DNA of 64,000 bases from Lama glama (Eukaryota). Under the pieces are notes generated by a model. The model did no database searches. It saw only the letters and a list, made by a program, of their open reading frames with translations, and was not told the DNA's origin. Below, in pieces: positions 48,016 to 60,665 of this stretch (the first letter of the stretch is position 1; the number at the start of each line of letters is the position of its first letter). Location of the stretch: positions 60,762,001 to 60,826,000 of the forward strand of contig CM052816.1 in assembly GCA_028534125.1 (NCBI GenBank). Direction: 5' to 3'. The position numbers and the translations under genes were made by a program.

Positions 48016-48504
48016 AGGTAACCCCAAAACATACTAGAGCTGTTGGCAAATAGGAGACATTCAATAAGTGTGAGTTAAAGAAAGGGATAAGTGAATGGAT
48101 GGATCAGTGCATGGGTGGACACAGATGTCAACCTTCCCACCCTTAAGTTAGTGAGCAACCCTCTTTAAGTAAGGTGCCTCCAACAATCTTCTTTAAGTCA
48201 GCTCACTTTTCACAATCACCAAGTTAACATTTGCAGAGTGACTTTCAAGGCCTACACCTGTTCTAATGTCATTTGGTTATGGCAAAAAAAAAAGTCGGAA
48301 TCAATGCCACCAAGTTGGTGTGATAGGTAAGGCAATGAAATCATGTAGCTAGTCAGGATGCTTAGCTGATGCTCCAGCATCCAAATCTCAATTTGACTTT
48401 TATTACACATGTGTTTCACAGTGCATATGATATTCTATAGAAATTCTGAGAAATTCTGAGAATCTGCAAGGATTTTAGGTCAGATTTCTGTTGAATTATA
48501 AAGG

Positions 48505-49004
48505 NNNNNNNNNNNNNNNNNNNNNNNNNNNNNNNNNNNNNNNNNNNNNNNNNNNNNNNNNNNNNNNNNNNNNNNNNNNNNNNNNNNNNNNNNNNNNNNN
48601 NNNNNNNNNNNNNNNNNNNNNNNNNNNNNNNNNNNNNNNNNNNNNNNNNNNNNNNNNNNNNNNNNNNNNNNNNNNNNNNNNNNNNNNNNNNNNNNNNNNN
48701 NNNNNNNNNNNNNNNNNNNNNNNNNNNNNNNNNNNNNNNNNNNNNNNNNNNNNNNNNNNNNNNNNNNNNNNNNNNNNNNNNNNNNNNNNNNNNNNNNNNN
48801 NNNNNNNNNNNNNNNNNNNNNNNNNNNNNNNNNNNNNNNNNNNNNNNNNNNNNNNNNNNNNNNNNNNNNNNNNNNNNNNNNNNNNNNNNNNNNNNNNNNN
48901 NNNNNNNNNNNNNNNNNNNNNNNNNNNNNNNNNNNNNNNNNNNNNNNNNNNNNNNNNNNNNNNNNNNNNNNNNNNNNNNNNNNNNNNNNNNNNNNNNNNN
49001 NNNN
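48505..49004. other. Assembly gap (exactly 500 N)
   Basis: Run of N from 48505 to 49004. Confidence 1.
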
Positions 49005-49355
49005 GTCTGTGCCCTTTTGTGTCTGGCTTTTTTCACATAGCATAATGTTTTCAAATTTCACCCACACTGTGGCATGAATCAGTGCTTCATTGCTGTTTAT
49101 GGCTAAATAATATTCCATTGTATGGATATACCACCTTTTGCTTATCCATCCATTAGTTGAATGATGTTTGGCTTGTTTACATTTGGGGGCTCTTATGAAT
49201 AATGCTGCTAAGAACATTTGTGTGCAAGTTTTGTGTGGACATAGATTGTCAATACTCTTGGTTATATCCTTTTGAGTCATATGGCAACTCTCCGTTTAAC
49301 TTTTTTGAGGAACTACCAAGTATTTTCCAAAGCAGCGGTACCATTATACACTTCT
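49005..49355 (-). mobile_element. LINE-1 (L1MB/MC-type) 3' region abutting the gap
   Basis: tttgtgtctggctttttcacatagcataatgttttcaa...aatattccattgtatggatataccac...gaataatgctgctaagaacatttgtgtgcaagttttgtgtggacat. Confidence 0.85.
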
Positions 49356-50318
49356 AAGTCATTCTTTTCAACAGCTACACAAAACCCACAATATAGATTT
49401 TTTTTATAATTAATTCAGCACTTCCTCTGCCAAAATATTTGTTTTCTCCATTTTTTTCACGATTATACATGAATGCATAATTTTGTGCACCTCTGTGGAT
49501 ATAGGGATCTTTGCATGTGAAGTCGCTATAGCCTTTTAATTTTTGCTTTTAATTTTTTTTGCTATTTAAATTTAGACTTTTCAAATTACTTTTTAATTTT
49601 TTTAATTATTTCAAGTTTTGCTTTGAAATGTGCCAAAATAACCCCAAAAGTTGTTACCAATCCATAGTCATACAACAGTGTATTAGAGAGACAATTCTCC
49701 CACATTCCTGCTAACACTGGATATGGTTTTGTTTTTGTCAACCTGACAGAGGAAAACTTGGTCTTCTCGTTTTAATTGCATTGTTCTGATCGCTGTTGGG
49801 AGTGACCGTCTTGTCAAGTACTCATATATTTACCACCCAAACATAAATAGCTAGATTGGGTGATTTCTAAAATCCTTTGCAGCTGTAAACTCTGACGTGT
49901 GTGATTTATGCTCTGGCAAGACGCGATGGTCATTGCAATGGTGGCTGGGGCTGGAACTGACTTTATGGAGCGTGTGATTGTTTACTTGTGTTTCACAGGT
50001 GCTGGAACAGGCCTTCATGCTCCCCAACATCCTCCCACAGGACCCCCGCTAATAGAGCCACATCTCTTTATATTTGGCCTAGAAAAAGATGCCAATGCCT
50101 CTGGGGGAGACAGAAGTTAGCACAACCAAGGGGATCAGGGGATCAGGGCAAGTCGACTGAAGTTAGGGAACTGATATCTGAGAGGGCAAAAGGTCACAGA
50201 AAAAAGAACCTGCAGGATTGAAGGACAGAATTGACCTATTTCTCCTTTTTACCTAAAGCCAACTGTTTCCCAGAGGGGATTTTGTGTTGTAATGAAACGG
50301 ACCTTGAATCTAACTCTA

Positions 50319-50404
50319 TTTTTTTTTTTAATGGAAGTACTGGGGATTGAACTCAGGACCTCATGCATACTAAGCTTGCACGCTACCACTGAGCTATATC
50401 CACC
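50319..50404 (-). mobile_element. Vic-1 SINE (short form) inserted in a MIR
   Basis: T-run then aatggaagtactggggattgaactcaggacctcatgcatactaagcttgcacgctaccactgagctatatccacc, the reverse complement of the Vic-1 head. Degenerate TSD ggaccttgaatcta / gggccgtgaattta. Confidence 0.88.
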
Positions 50405-51079
50405 TGGGCCGTGAATTTAGAGTCAGAAAACCAAGGGTCTGGTCACAGACACTCCTGTGAGAGTCTGGGGCATTTCCATGACTCACTTTTCTAGTCTACT
50501 AAATGACAATATTCCCTATGACATCAAATTATTATAAAGCTCAAATAAGAGAACAGAAGAAAATGTAGTGAAAAAAAGATACCATTTTACCTAAAAGCCA
50601 GTACCTTTGGTTCTTCTCTCCCACGTCCAGTGGTCAGGAAAGCACCATAAACTGGCCAGCAGTCCAGACAGAAGTGCCTGGCAACTTGACGCCTCCACTA
50701 GGCCAGAATCCCAAAATGACCCTCCAAAGCACACAGATTAGAAGAGCCACCCTCCACCCACTTTTCCTCATTGCAGAATTTTGCATATCTGGGCTCCACC
50801 ACCTGTGCTGGGTCTCTCTTTATCACCTAAAAAGATGGAGACAGTCATTTAGGGACCTGGACGGGCTTTGCTTCCATTTCAACTATTTCTCAGGTTATCT
50901 TCGTCCATTGTTTTCCTCTGTAGTTCCAGTTATTTCCCAAACTCTCCCACATTTCCTTGTAAATCAAATTAAGTGGTGGCTAAACTCGGAAGACAGCTGG
51001 TGGGCTGACCCAGCTGCATGCCAGCGCTCCACACAGAGTCCACACTCTCCAATCCGTAATTAAAAGTTTGATGAGAAGC

Positions 51080-51420
51080 ACCTAGGGACCACATTTCCCA
51101 GCCCCTTGACGTCTAGATGGGACCGTGTGACTAGTTTTCACCCGTGGACTGTGAGTTGGAATCAGGTATGTCCTTTCCTAACCAGAGTTCTTTAAAAGTG
51201 GGAGTACCCGATTCACAACCTCTCATCTTCTGCCAGTTGGATGGAGCTGATGACACAGCTAAGAGAATGGCTGAGCCACACGATGAAAGGAGCCTTGGTT
51301 CCTGAATAACCATGCCGAGGAAAGCTGGCTTGCTTTGACTATTAGATAAGAGAGAAATCAAATTCTATAATTGAATTTTGAAGTCTACCTGCTTCAGCAG
51401 CTACCATAACTTTTGACATC
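51080..51420 (+). mobile_element. MLT1J-type MaLR LTR
   Basis: accacatttcccagccccttg...tagatgggaccgtgtgactagtttt...gagccacacgatgaaaggagccttggttcctgaataacc...gagagaaatcaaattcta. Confidence 0.75.
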
Positions 51421-51654
51421 CTGCCTGAAAACATTTCACCAACGTGACCATTATAATAAACCAGGTAGCAGCAAACCTCATGACACTCCCAATAGATATC
51501 TTCATTAGAGCCTAGAAGTTTCTTCAAACAGAAAGCTCATTAAATTATCCTCATGTCATAGGACAGCTCGATTCTCGTATCTCCAGCAATTCTTGGCTTG
51601 TGCTTTGAAAAGCTCTGAAGCACGAGAAACAGATGTTTTACAATAAAAAATTAC

Positions 51655-52080
51655 AACCAGTATGTTGATTGTGTATTACTGAAAATTATCAGGGAGCACG
51701 AAAGATTCAAAGAAATATTGTAAGAACAGGATCAGTCTTGTCCAGGAGCTTACAATTTAAATGGGAAGGCAAGATGCTTATACAAATAACTCTACCTCAA
51801 GACTGTGTCTGGCTGGTGCCAGGAATAGGTGCTCTAAGACCTTTCAAGAGGGTAAGATTATTTTTATTGGGGAGTAATAAGGTAAAGCATTGTGGAGATA
51901 GGATTTGAGTTATGGCTCACAAATTGGGTGGAATTTAGCAGTAGAATCACATACAATGGCTAACAGAAATTTAACTGACAAGTTAAGCTGCTGTAGATAT
52001 TAGCCATCTAAAAGGTCTTGAATGCCAGGCCAAGGAAGCTGGACATCATTATAAAGGTAAAAAGGAGCTGATCATTTTAG
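51655..52080 (-). mobile_element. L2 fragment
   Basis: cagtcttgtccaggagcttacaatttaaatggga, ggatttgagttatggc, ggtcttgaatgccaggccaaggaagctggac. Confidence 0.6.
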
Positions 52081-52199
52081 GTCCCCCTTAATTCCTAGGA
52101 TTTTAGAGCTAAATATGTGCTTTCCCATAGCAAAAGCCATGGCAACTATCTATTTTTTTCAGATATATACTACAAGCTTCCTTTACTTTCTTATGGCTT

Positions 52200-52470
52200 A
52201 TTTTCATGGTCCCTAAATTTCAGTTATTTAAATGCCACCTTCATATTTTTGTTCCACCCCTATGTACTACTTGTATATTTGTTATTTAATATGTTTTAAG
52301 CCTAGTTCTGATTGACTCCTAAGCAAAAAATATCTGTGAAATTACAGGGTAGACATACATGTTGAATAAAATAAAATAAATCCTTGCCTATTAAAATTTG
52401 TAGAATGTTCTTCTGTTTTCCACCTTCACATACTCAGTGGTTTCCAGATCACACTTGGGAAACCATGGTT
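52200..52470 (-). mobile_element. MER113-type hAT-Charlie fossil
   Basis: tgtactacttgtatatttgttatttaatat...cctaagcaaaaaatatctgtgaaattacaggg...cacacttgggaaacca. Confidence 0.55.
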
Positions 52471-52559
52471 CCCCTCTGAACCATCACACGTCTTTTCTCC
52501 TGGGTTCCAGCTCACTTCTCTTTCCACATTCACTCCTCCATCTTGTCTTGTCCATTTCG

Positions 52560-52880
52560 GATTCAGCAACTGATCAGTATGTTGCCACAGACAATTCTAA
52601 AACCTAGTGGTTCAACAAAACAAAAGTTGATTTCTTGCTCATGAACAGGTGGGACAGTCCTCCTCCACCTTGTAGCTAAATAATCTGGAACACAAAGCCT
52701 CACCATAGCCAGGGAAAGAAAGGAGCTGGAGATTACATGGGCGTATCGAGGCACTAGGCCTGGAAGTACCCTCCGTCACTTCTGTTCACATCCCATTGGC
52801 CATGTGGCCCCAACCCAACTGCCAAGGAGGCTAAGAAATACAGCCGATCCCACAGATTATTGGTGAGCACCAAGGCCATG
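52560..52880 (-). mobile_element. MLT1J/K-type MaLR LTR
   Basis: aacctagtggttcaacaaaacaaaagttgatttcttgctcatg...ggcctggaagt...tcacttctgttcacatcccattggccatgtggccccaacccaactgc...tattggtgagcac. Confidence 0.7.
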
Positions 52881-53168
52881 GTGAACCAGGTATACTGACC
52901 TGCAAAGCGCCTGGATCTTTGCCCCCAAAGCGCCCCAAGAACAGAGCTGGATGTCTCAGAAGTAAAAGATCAGATGCATGTGGTCAACGGGGCAGGTATT
53001 TTTATTAAAACGGTCACTAAGGAATTCAAGCAGCCACGCCTAGCAGTCGTTCTCTCCACCTCTCCCTCGTTATTACAAAGGGCAAACAGAGGTCCACGTG
53101 TTTCCCCGCTTTCACTGTATTACCTTTCTCCCGTTCAGTCTCTAGATTGGGAGTTTGAAAATAGAGGC

Positions 53169-53682
53169 TGTGTTAGTTTCCTTTTGCTGCTGTAACGAAT
53201 TATCACAAATTTGATGGCTTAAACAACATAAATTTATCATTTTACAGTTATGTAGTTGAAAAGTCTGAAATGCATCTTACTGGGTGAAAACCAAGGTGTC
53301 AGCAGGGCTGATTTGCTCCCAGGAGGCTCTAGGGGCAAATCCATTTCCTTGACCTTTCCACCTTCCAGAGGCTTCCCACACTCCTTAACTGGTGGCCCCC
53401 TTCCATCTTCAAAGCAGCAACATTGCACTGATTCATTCTCGTATTTTATCACTCTGACACCAACTCTTCAGCCTCCTCTGTCCACTTTTAAGGACAATTG
53501 TGATCACATTGGGACCACCAGGATAATCCAAGTTAATCTTCCCATCTCAAGGTCAGCTGATTAGCTACTTAATTCCATTTGCAACCTTAATTCTCCTTTG
53601 CCATGTAACATAACACATTCACATTTCCTGGGATTAGGACATAGATATCTTTAGGGGGAAGGGCATTATTCCACTCACCACA
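53169..53682 (-). mobile_element. MLT1D-type MaLR solo LTR, full length, perfect 5-bp TSD
   Basis: tgtgttagtttccttttgctgctgtaacgaattatcacaaattt...aaggtgtcagcagggctg...ggataatccaagttaatcttcccatctcaaggtcagctgattag...cattattccactcaccaca; flanked by gaggc (53164-68) and gaggc (53683-87). Confidence 0.92.
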
Positions 53683-53687
53683 GAGGC

Positions 53688-53990
53688 CCACAGGCCAAAC
53701 CCAGGTCATCGGTTTTATCAGTCTGGTGTTTTCTTTTTCTTTCTGATTTTTAAAAAATATTAAAGAAATTTTTTTTAGAAATTAAAGTTAAATGTTTTTA
53801 AATCAGGGAGTTTTGTATATTTTTAAAATATTCACATCTAGCTTCCCTTGAAACCTCAGAGATCTAGAAACAAGGACTAGGATTTCCTCATCAAAACAAT
53901 GTCTGGTGCCCAGAGCGGCTGCCCCCTTAAATGGAGCATGGGGATCCCAGACTGCAGGGGTCTCCACTTCTTGCCACATACTCCTGGCCC
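53688..53990 (+). mobile_element. MER102-type hAT-Charlie fossil (5' tip probably at ~53145-53163, split by the MLT1D)
   Basis: ccacaggccaaacccagg...tttaaatcagggag...tagcttcccttgaaacctcagagatctagaaaca...aacaat...agcggctgcccccttaaatggagcatg. Confidence 0.65.
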
Positions 53991-54834
53991 ACTTCAAGTT
54001 ATGTGACCTGCCTTGCCCCTTTAAATTTGCAAACTTTGTACCAGGTATCTAACATCTGGACCCCAGACCATCATCTCACTCTCTGTATTGGACTTTAGAG
54101 ACCTTCATCCTCTTTCCGCAGCACATCCTCCCATTCAGAGTTCTTCTGTCTGCATGAGGTGTCATGGCAGCCCATCCAACTCTAGAAAGGAATCCAGCCC
54201 ATGGCTTGGAAGGGGGTGTGGTATGGCTGGATCACAGGCATTCAGAAGCCCCTCTGGGGCCTCTGTGTCATAAATCTCAAGAAGCAGGGACCTATGTGCA
54301 TCCCAGAGCAAGGGACAAAGTTTTAATTTGCTGTCGCTCAATCAACACCCTCTCCCACCCTCTTTCTTTTTCTCTCCAGTCCTTGGTACAAGATCTTCCC
54401 TAATGAATTTCTTTACTGTGACAACAGGCCCACCTCTGGCTCCCAGACAAGCGGTACACTGGCTTTCATTGTCCTCATGGGCTTAAGTGAAGGGCATCTC
54501 ACTCTGTTTCACTTGCAGATGCTCACAGATCCAGCGCTGGCATTAATAACACCGTCAGCCCAGCCACTCCATCTTCATCAGTGGCTGCACATCACACGCG
54601 GATGGCGAGCAGCCTCAGCGGCCGGGGAGATGAACTCTTCATTACCCAGGTCGGGCCGCGGGGCCTCTGCACCAAATATCTGAAAATCACATTAGCCCGC
54701 GAAATCTCTCCCGTCACGCCGACAGTGGATGGAAGAAAAAGACCTTAAAGATCTAGATTGTGTTGAAACTCTGACAAAGGTCATGGCAGCGAGAGACAAG
54801 GGCAGGAGTTCTGTCCCTGAGGGTGGTGTCTCCC

Positions 54835-55165
54835 TAGCCTCTGTCATCTGAGCTCCACCTTTGGGAATTTTGCCATGGCTGCATAATACCTGTAATTTAA
54901 TAGGTTTAATATTTTCCTCAAATGAACTCTACATTGATTTGCTTTTCTTTAGCCCTAGCCTAAGCAATAATAGAGGTAAAATTAGAGCTGAGATATGCTG
55001 GGTATACTTTTTTAAAAGACACTTTAAGTTGGGATGTTTATTTAATTAATTAAAATTAGAATATTAATATTAAAATGAGAAATGTTGATCCACGTATCAC
55101 CTAGAATTATCTTATATGCTCTTCATTGGATGCAAACCATACCTCATTTTGGAAAACATAGATCT
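54835..55165 (-). mobile_element. MER113-type hAT-Charlie fossil
   Basis: ccacctttgggaattttgccatggctgcataatacctgta...ttaatattttcc...tttagccctagcctaagcaataat...tccacgtatcacctagaattatct...cattttggaaaaca. Confidence 0.65.
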
Positions 55166-56004
55166 AATCTATCCTCCCAGCTCAGAACAGAACTACACCT
55201 GAACTAAATGATCAGATTACTCCCGGCCCATTCTCTAGGCTCTCCGGGTAAAGTTCCCAAAATTCTGAGGGTATTGATGCCCATAGGTACTGTCATCATT
55301 GAGAAGTTCTTCCCTACATCTCTCCTAAATATTCTGATCTATAGTTGATAGTATCAGAACTAAGAATTCTAGACTACTCAGCAAATGATTCTAGAAACAG
55401 TCTATCTCCTCTAATGCAGCAATTTCTAGGTGGAATGACAGAAACCAGCTTGGAGCAAAAGTCTCAAAGTTCAGAAATGGACATGGCTCACACTGTGGAT
55501 GGTGATGAACATTCAGACTATTTTAATATAGAAACACACTAGTTTTGTTTTGTTTTTCTTTTCTTTACTGCATTGGGTAGGTTTGAAGTTCAAGCCCCAC
55601 CACACCCCACTCTTTGAGAGGTAAACTAGCTTTCCACTGATTTGAATTCTTGTACCTAGGATTCTGGGAGTTGATCAAAGAGAAGTTGTCCAAGAAGACA
55701 AATGATTCTTTACCCAGGAATGGTTGAGGGATGGAGTACCACAAAGGGGACCATTTGAGCATTAAAACAGGGAGCCTCCACTCAACAGAGTAGCACCCAT
55801 CTCCATCCTCAGAGACCATGCTGGCCAGTTCCTGAGAGAAATTTCATGGGAACCTCACTTCACTGGAAACCACCCAACATGTGGTCAAGATCTTTCTTGG
55901 TTTTCTTCGAAGTCACACTGGACACCATAGAAGTGAGACAGAGCCCTCACATGCCTGTACCAGAATAACCTGAACCAGTTGAGAATGAATGAGCTTGCAT
56001 AATA

Positions 56005-56135
56005 ATAACTCCCCCATCATGCTTTATCCTCATTTTCAGATGACAGTGCTGAGGTTCCAAGATTAATGTACCGGCAGAACCTAGATTAGAACCATTGTTT
56101 GAACGAAAACCTACACTTTGTCCACTATATGATAC
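56005..56135 (-). mobile_element. MIR fragment
   Basis: ttatcctcattttcagatgacagtgctgaggttcc...ggcagaacctagattagaacc...actttgtccactat. Confidence 0.6.
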
Positions 56136-57637
56136 TCTCTTGATAAAGGGAGTAAGTCCAAACATGTGTCTAAGAAACTAAAAACATAAAGCCTAGAGGA
56201 GACTTTGGGATGAAGGTAGACAGGGAGGAAGCTGGTTCCTCCTTTTGGATATCTGAAGTGTTATTATCTGGAAAATACATGAGACTGTTCGGTTTTATTC
56301 CATGAGTAGACTTTGGATCACTTAGAAGTTGCGAGGAGATCAATTTCAGCTGATAGCTGCAGAGGGCAGCGTGGGATGCACTTCCTTCCTGGGCAGTGAG
56401 ATACCTGCCACTGAAAGTGGACGGGCAGATGCTGAGGGAGCAGGACAGGGATGCGGAACACTGAGCAGGAGACAGGGTCTTGTTCTCCGCAGTCCTCCTT
56501 TACACTAAGATTCTGTGACGCTAAGAAGACAGGAATTTGGCAGAAACTCTGACCCGTGACCTGGTTCCTGGCTCCACATTCTGTGGTTCTGCTCACCCAA
56601 AACAGCCAAAATTTCCTACCACCAGGAGTGTCCCTGGGAGATGCCCCGTGCCTGGCCTGCCTGCCTTCATGCTCTGGATTAGCGCATCAGCCCCATTTCC
56701 CGCTGCCCCTAGTGCTTCTAAGCAGCACATCTCCATACAAACGTTCCCTGGAACCTTCTGCTGCCTGACCCACATGCCTCAGTGGGACCCCTGAATACCA
56801 GAGCTGGGGGAAAGCAGGTGTCATGGGGCAGGAGGTCAAGGCACACTTCCAACAGTAACTTTCCAGCCCTAGGAGGCCCCTGTGAAACTCACAGCATTCA
56901 CTCTTCATCAGACCTTATTGCCCTTTTCAAGGAGGACTTTTGTGTTCTTTGAAGCCGACTGGGGAGAGAGGACGCACACATGAGATCTACTCACACGTGG
57001 AGTCAGGGTGTGAAAAGCGCCTCACTCCAGAAGTGGTGGAGGCTGTAGGGGGTTGCTGGAGAGAGTGGTGGGCCTGAGAGACCCGGGCCCAGGGCAGGGA
57101 CAAGTAGATGCAGGAGGGGAGGAGTGTTGCAGGGTGCTAGTGTGACATTTGTGGCTGAAGGCTCTGGGAAGGGACCGCCCTAGGGTAAGAGATAGATGAA
57201 ATGCCCATGTCCTCCAAGTTTGTGGGGACTTAGCATCCTTGGGCCTGACCCTTCCAGGGCACTAAGTCACCACAGAAGGGGAGAAACTGCAAAGTAGAGC
57301 CTCTCCTTTTTCCTTTGAAAACCAGCCTCTTCTCACTCACCTAATCAGTGTCTACACAGTGAGGGAACAACCACCCCTGCAGAATCCAGAAAAAACGGTT
57401 GCAAGTTTAGCCGTGAGGAGGCCCAGCTGTGCAACCTCAGAAGGCACTTTACGACTCTGGTACTTGGGGCCCAGATGTGCAGAGGACAGGGTTAGGCCTC
57501 CACTGCAGTGTGACAGGCAGATTCCAGGATGGGGGCATCCCTAGGCCCTCAGTGCCTAATGCATATCAGCCTTCATGAGGGCTGGTGATAGTTTCTGCAC
57601 ATGAAACACATACCAATATTTTCACTTTAGGAGGCAT

Positions 57638-58735
57638 GAATGGTGTTGGGAAAACTGAACAGCCACATATAAATCAATGAAGTTAGAACACTCCCTCATG
57701 TCATAAACAAAAATAAACTCAAAATGGCTTAAAGACCTAAATATGATATGACACCGTAAAACTCCTCGAAGAGAACATAGGCAAAACTTTCTCTGACAAA
57801 AACTGTAGCAATATTTCCTTAGATCAGTCTCCCAAGGCAAAAGAAATAAAAGTAAAAATAAGCAAATGGGACTGAATCAAACTTAAAAGCTTTTGCACAG
57901 CAAAGGAAACCATAAGCAAAACAAAATGACAACCTACGGAATGGGAGAAAATATTTGCAAATGATGCAACCAACAAGGGGTTTAATTTCCTAAATATACA
58001 AACAGCTCATACAACTCAATATCAAAAAAACAAATAACCCAATCAAAAAAATGGGCAGAAGATTTACCATATGATCCAGCAATCCTATTCCTGGGCATAT
58101 ATACAAAAAAGACAAGAACTCTAATTCAAAAAGATACATGCACCCCAATGTTCACAGCAGCACTATATACAATAGCCAAGACATGAAAGCAACCTAACTG
58201 TCCATCAACAGATGAATGGGTAAAGAAGATGTGGTACATATACAGTGGAATATTATTCAGCCATAAAAGGACAAAATATTGCCATTTGCAGCAACATGGA
58301 TGGACCTACAGATTATCATACTAAGCGAAGTCAGTCAGGCAGAAAAAGGCAAATACCATATGATATCACTTACATGTGGAATCTAATAAAAGGAACCAAA
58401 TGCACTTATTTACAAAATAGAAACAGAAAACATAGAAAACAAACTTACGGTTACCAAAGGGGAAGGGAGTAGGGGAGGGATAAATTAGGAGTATAGGATT
58501 AACAGATACATAGTACTATACATAAAATAGATAAGCAACAAAGATTTACTGTATAGTACAGAGAACTATATTCAATAGCTTGTAATAACCTGTAATGGAA
58601 AATAACCTGCATATAGTACACATATATATATAACTGGATCACTTTGCTATATACCTGAAACTAACACAATATTGTAAATCAACTATACTTCAATTTAAAA
58701 ATAAAATAAAAACAGCAATTAAAAATATCAAAAAA
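57638..58735 (+). mobile_element. Relatively young LINE-1 ORF2 end plus 3'UTR with an internal deletion at ~58063
   Basis: aatggtgttgggaaaactg...aaaataaactcaaaatggcttaaagacctaaat...caaacttaaaagcttttgcacagcaaaggaaacc...aatgggcagaagat joined directly to ttaccatatgatccagc...; ends gtaaatcaactatacttcaatt plus an A-rich tail. Confidence 0.93.
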
Positions 58736-59879
58736 AAGTTTGCTTTAGTATTTTACTTTTAAAACAAAATTAGAAAGGAGAGAAGACTCAGGAATGGGCC
58801 AGGTTAAGGCAGAGGTGGCTATGTATCACTCCATCTGAGGTTAGGGCCACATCACCCCAGAATCTGTTCCCCAAGAACTAAAAAGTGCTCCCTAGCAGTG
58901 AAGGACCACAGCCATGCAGGGTGAGTCCCTGATGGGACTGAGATGGGGAGAGGAAGAAAGCAGGGTTCATGGTGGCTACATTCTCATGGGAGGGGAGACC
59001 CAGGGCCTGGTGGGGGGAGGTGGGGAAAAGCCACGTGGGATTCTGGGGAAACATATGGAACCCGACACTGGATAGTGTGGGGTTTGCAATTCCTTCCTGG
59101 AAAGGGACCATCAACATCCCAGGTGCTCTGTTTCAAAAGGCCCCTTTTAATGACCATAAATGAGACTGTTCCAAACAGCCCATCTGTCACCTACTTTTAC
59201 AAATATTTAATTCTGCTCATAGTCTGTTCACAAGGGAAATGGTGACACAGAGCTGTTTGCCCACCACGAATCTGTCCAATTGAATGATTAATGAATTCCT
59301 AATGTCAGGAAAATAGAGATGGCTGGGACCGCAGGGACCCCTGGGGCCCGCCCTCTTGGAGAAGCTGTCTAGTTAGCTCTGGTGCGGAGCCACAGCTCCC
59401 TTCCTCTCCCTCCTTCAGCTCATCGACTCCAACTGTGGGTGATGGGGTTGCAATTCTCCACCGGGAGATTTCCCCACTGACAAAATGTGAGGGAAAGAAA
59501 ACGGAAAGAATTGAGGAAGAAAGGCTGTGCCCCACCTACCCTCCAGAGCCACGGCTTTCATCTCAAGCCTTTCTACTGCTCCTCCCTGTCCCCGTCCCCT
59601 CCTTGGATTCCCAATTTTCACTCCATTCTGTTTTCCCCAGACCCCTTCCTGCCTCATCCAAGAAAAAGCAAGGACAGTATATGGCACTCACCCCACAGGG
59701 GTCTCTCTGGCTCCCAATCTAAACCCCTGCTCACGTCAGCTACGTCACAAGCAGCAAACCTTTCGGCTAAATGCAAATACCTGTGTCATTCTAAGGAGCC
59801 AGTTTGCCTTTTAGACTCACACTCAGGGCAAATTGCACAATTTCAGGATTTCTCTCCTAGCACATGTCTATTGACAATT

Positions 59880-60275
59880 ATGGGGAAGAAATATTTTCTT
59901 TCATTTTGATTTCCTCTATAATTCTTTCATCCAATGGACTACTACTGAAATCGCAGCATTATATTCATACTTCTATTCCTTGAACTTCCTCACTTAACAA
60001 TGGATGCTGGAATTGTTTCGTGTTAGGTCTACAGAAGTAGGTCGACACTTGTACTTCAGTCTTGTTAAAGGATGCAGAGTATTCCACTTTATACTATAAT
60101 CCGTCCATCAGTTCCGTATTCCTGGGCATGTAGGTTGTTTCTCTTATTTGACACAATGCTACTGTGAATATACATAAACCTTTCAGCACATGTTCAAGTA
60201 TATCCATGAGGACAAATTCCTAGAAGTGGAATTGCTTCGTCAAAGGGAATGCTCCTTTCACATTTTCATAGATAC
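59880..60275 (-). mobile_element. Old LINE-1 (L1ME-type) 3' fragment
   Basis: gcagagtattccact, gggcatgtaggttgtttc, acaatgctactgtgaata, aaattcctagaagtggaattgct. Confidence 0.65.
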
Positions 60276-60539
60276 ACATAGCTAGATAGAGACATCATAA
60301 ACAAAAACCATATCAACAGCTAGCAGAACTAAACTCTAGAAACTAACAAATGAAAGGTATCAATCCTTTGGGAGGAGCTACACATACACACCTCGCACCT
60401 TCTTCCTTACCCCAGACATTTTAGGTTTACAAGATGTTTGTGTTTTAGATGGCCTCTAGTTAAACAGAATTTTCTGGAATAATTGAAGTATTTGAGGTAG
60501 GAAAGGTTTCAGACCAAAAAAAAAAAAAAGGACAACAGA

Positions 60540-60665
60540 GCATTGAGAGGTCAGTCCTACCTAGCTATTCCCAGTTATTTTCTTCCCCACTTAGTCTGTG
60601 CCTGGCTTGTTACAGACATTAAAAAATATTGGATGAATGAGTGAATGAGTGCATGAATGAATGAT
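60540..60665 (+). mobile_element. L2 3' end
   Basis: cacttagtctgtgcctggcttgttacagacattaaaaaatattggatgaatgagtgaatgagtgcatgaatgaatga. Confidence 0.65.

Noticed and set aside
48416..49280. The three long ORFs spanning the gap (212, 266 and 184 aa)
   Set aside because: Their length comes from the 500-N gap; the real residues are mostly L1-derived.
55690..56330. Plus-strand L3/CR1 remnants
   Set aside because: Only short, weak resemblances; boundaries cannot be supported without a profile search.
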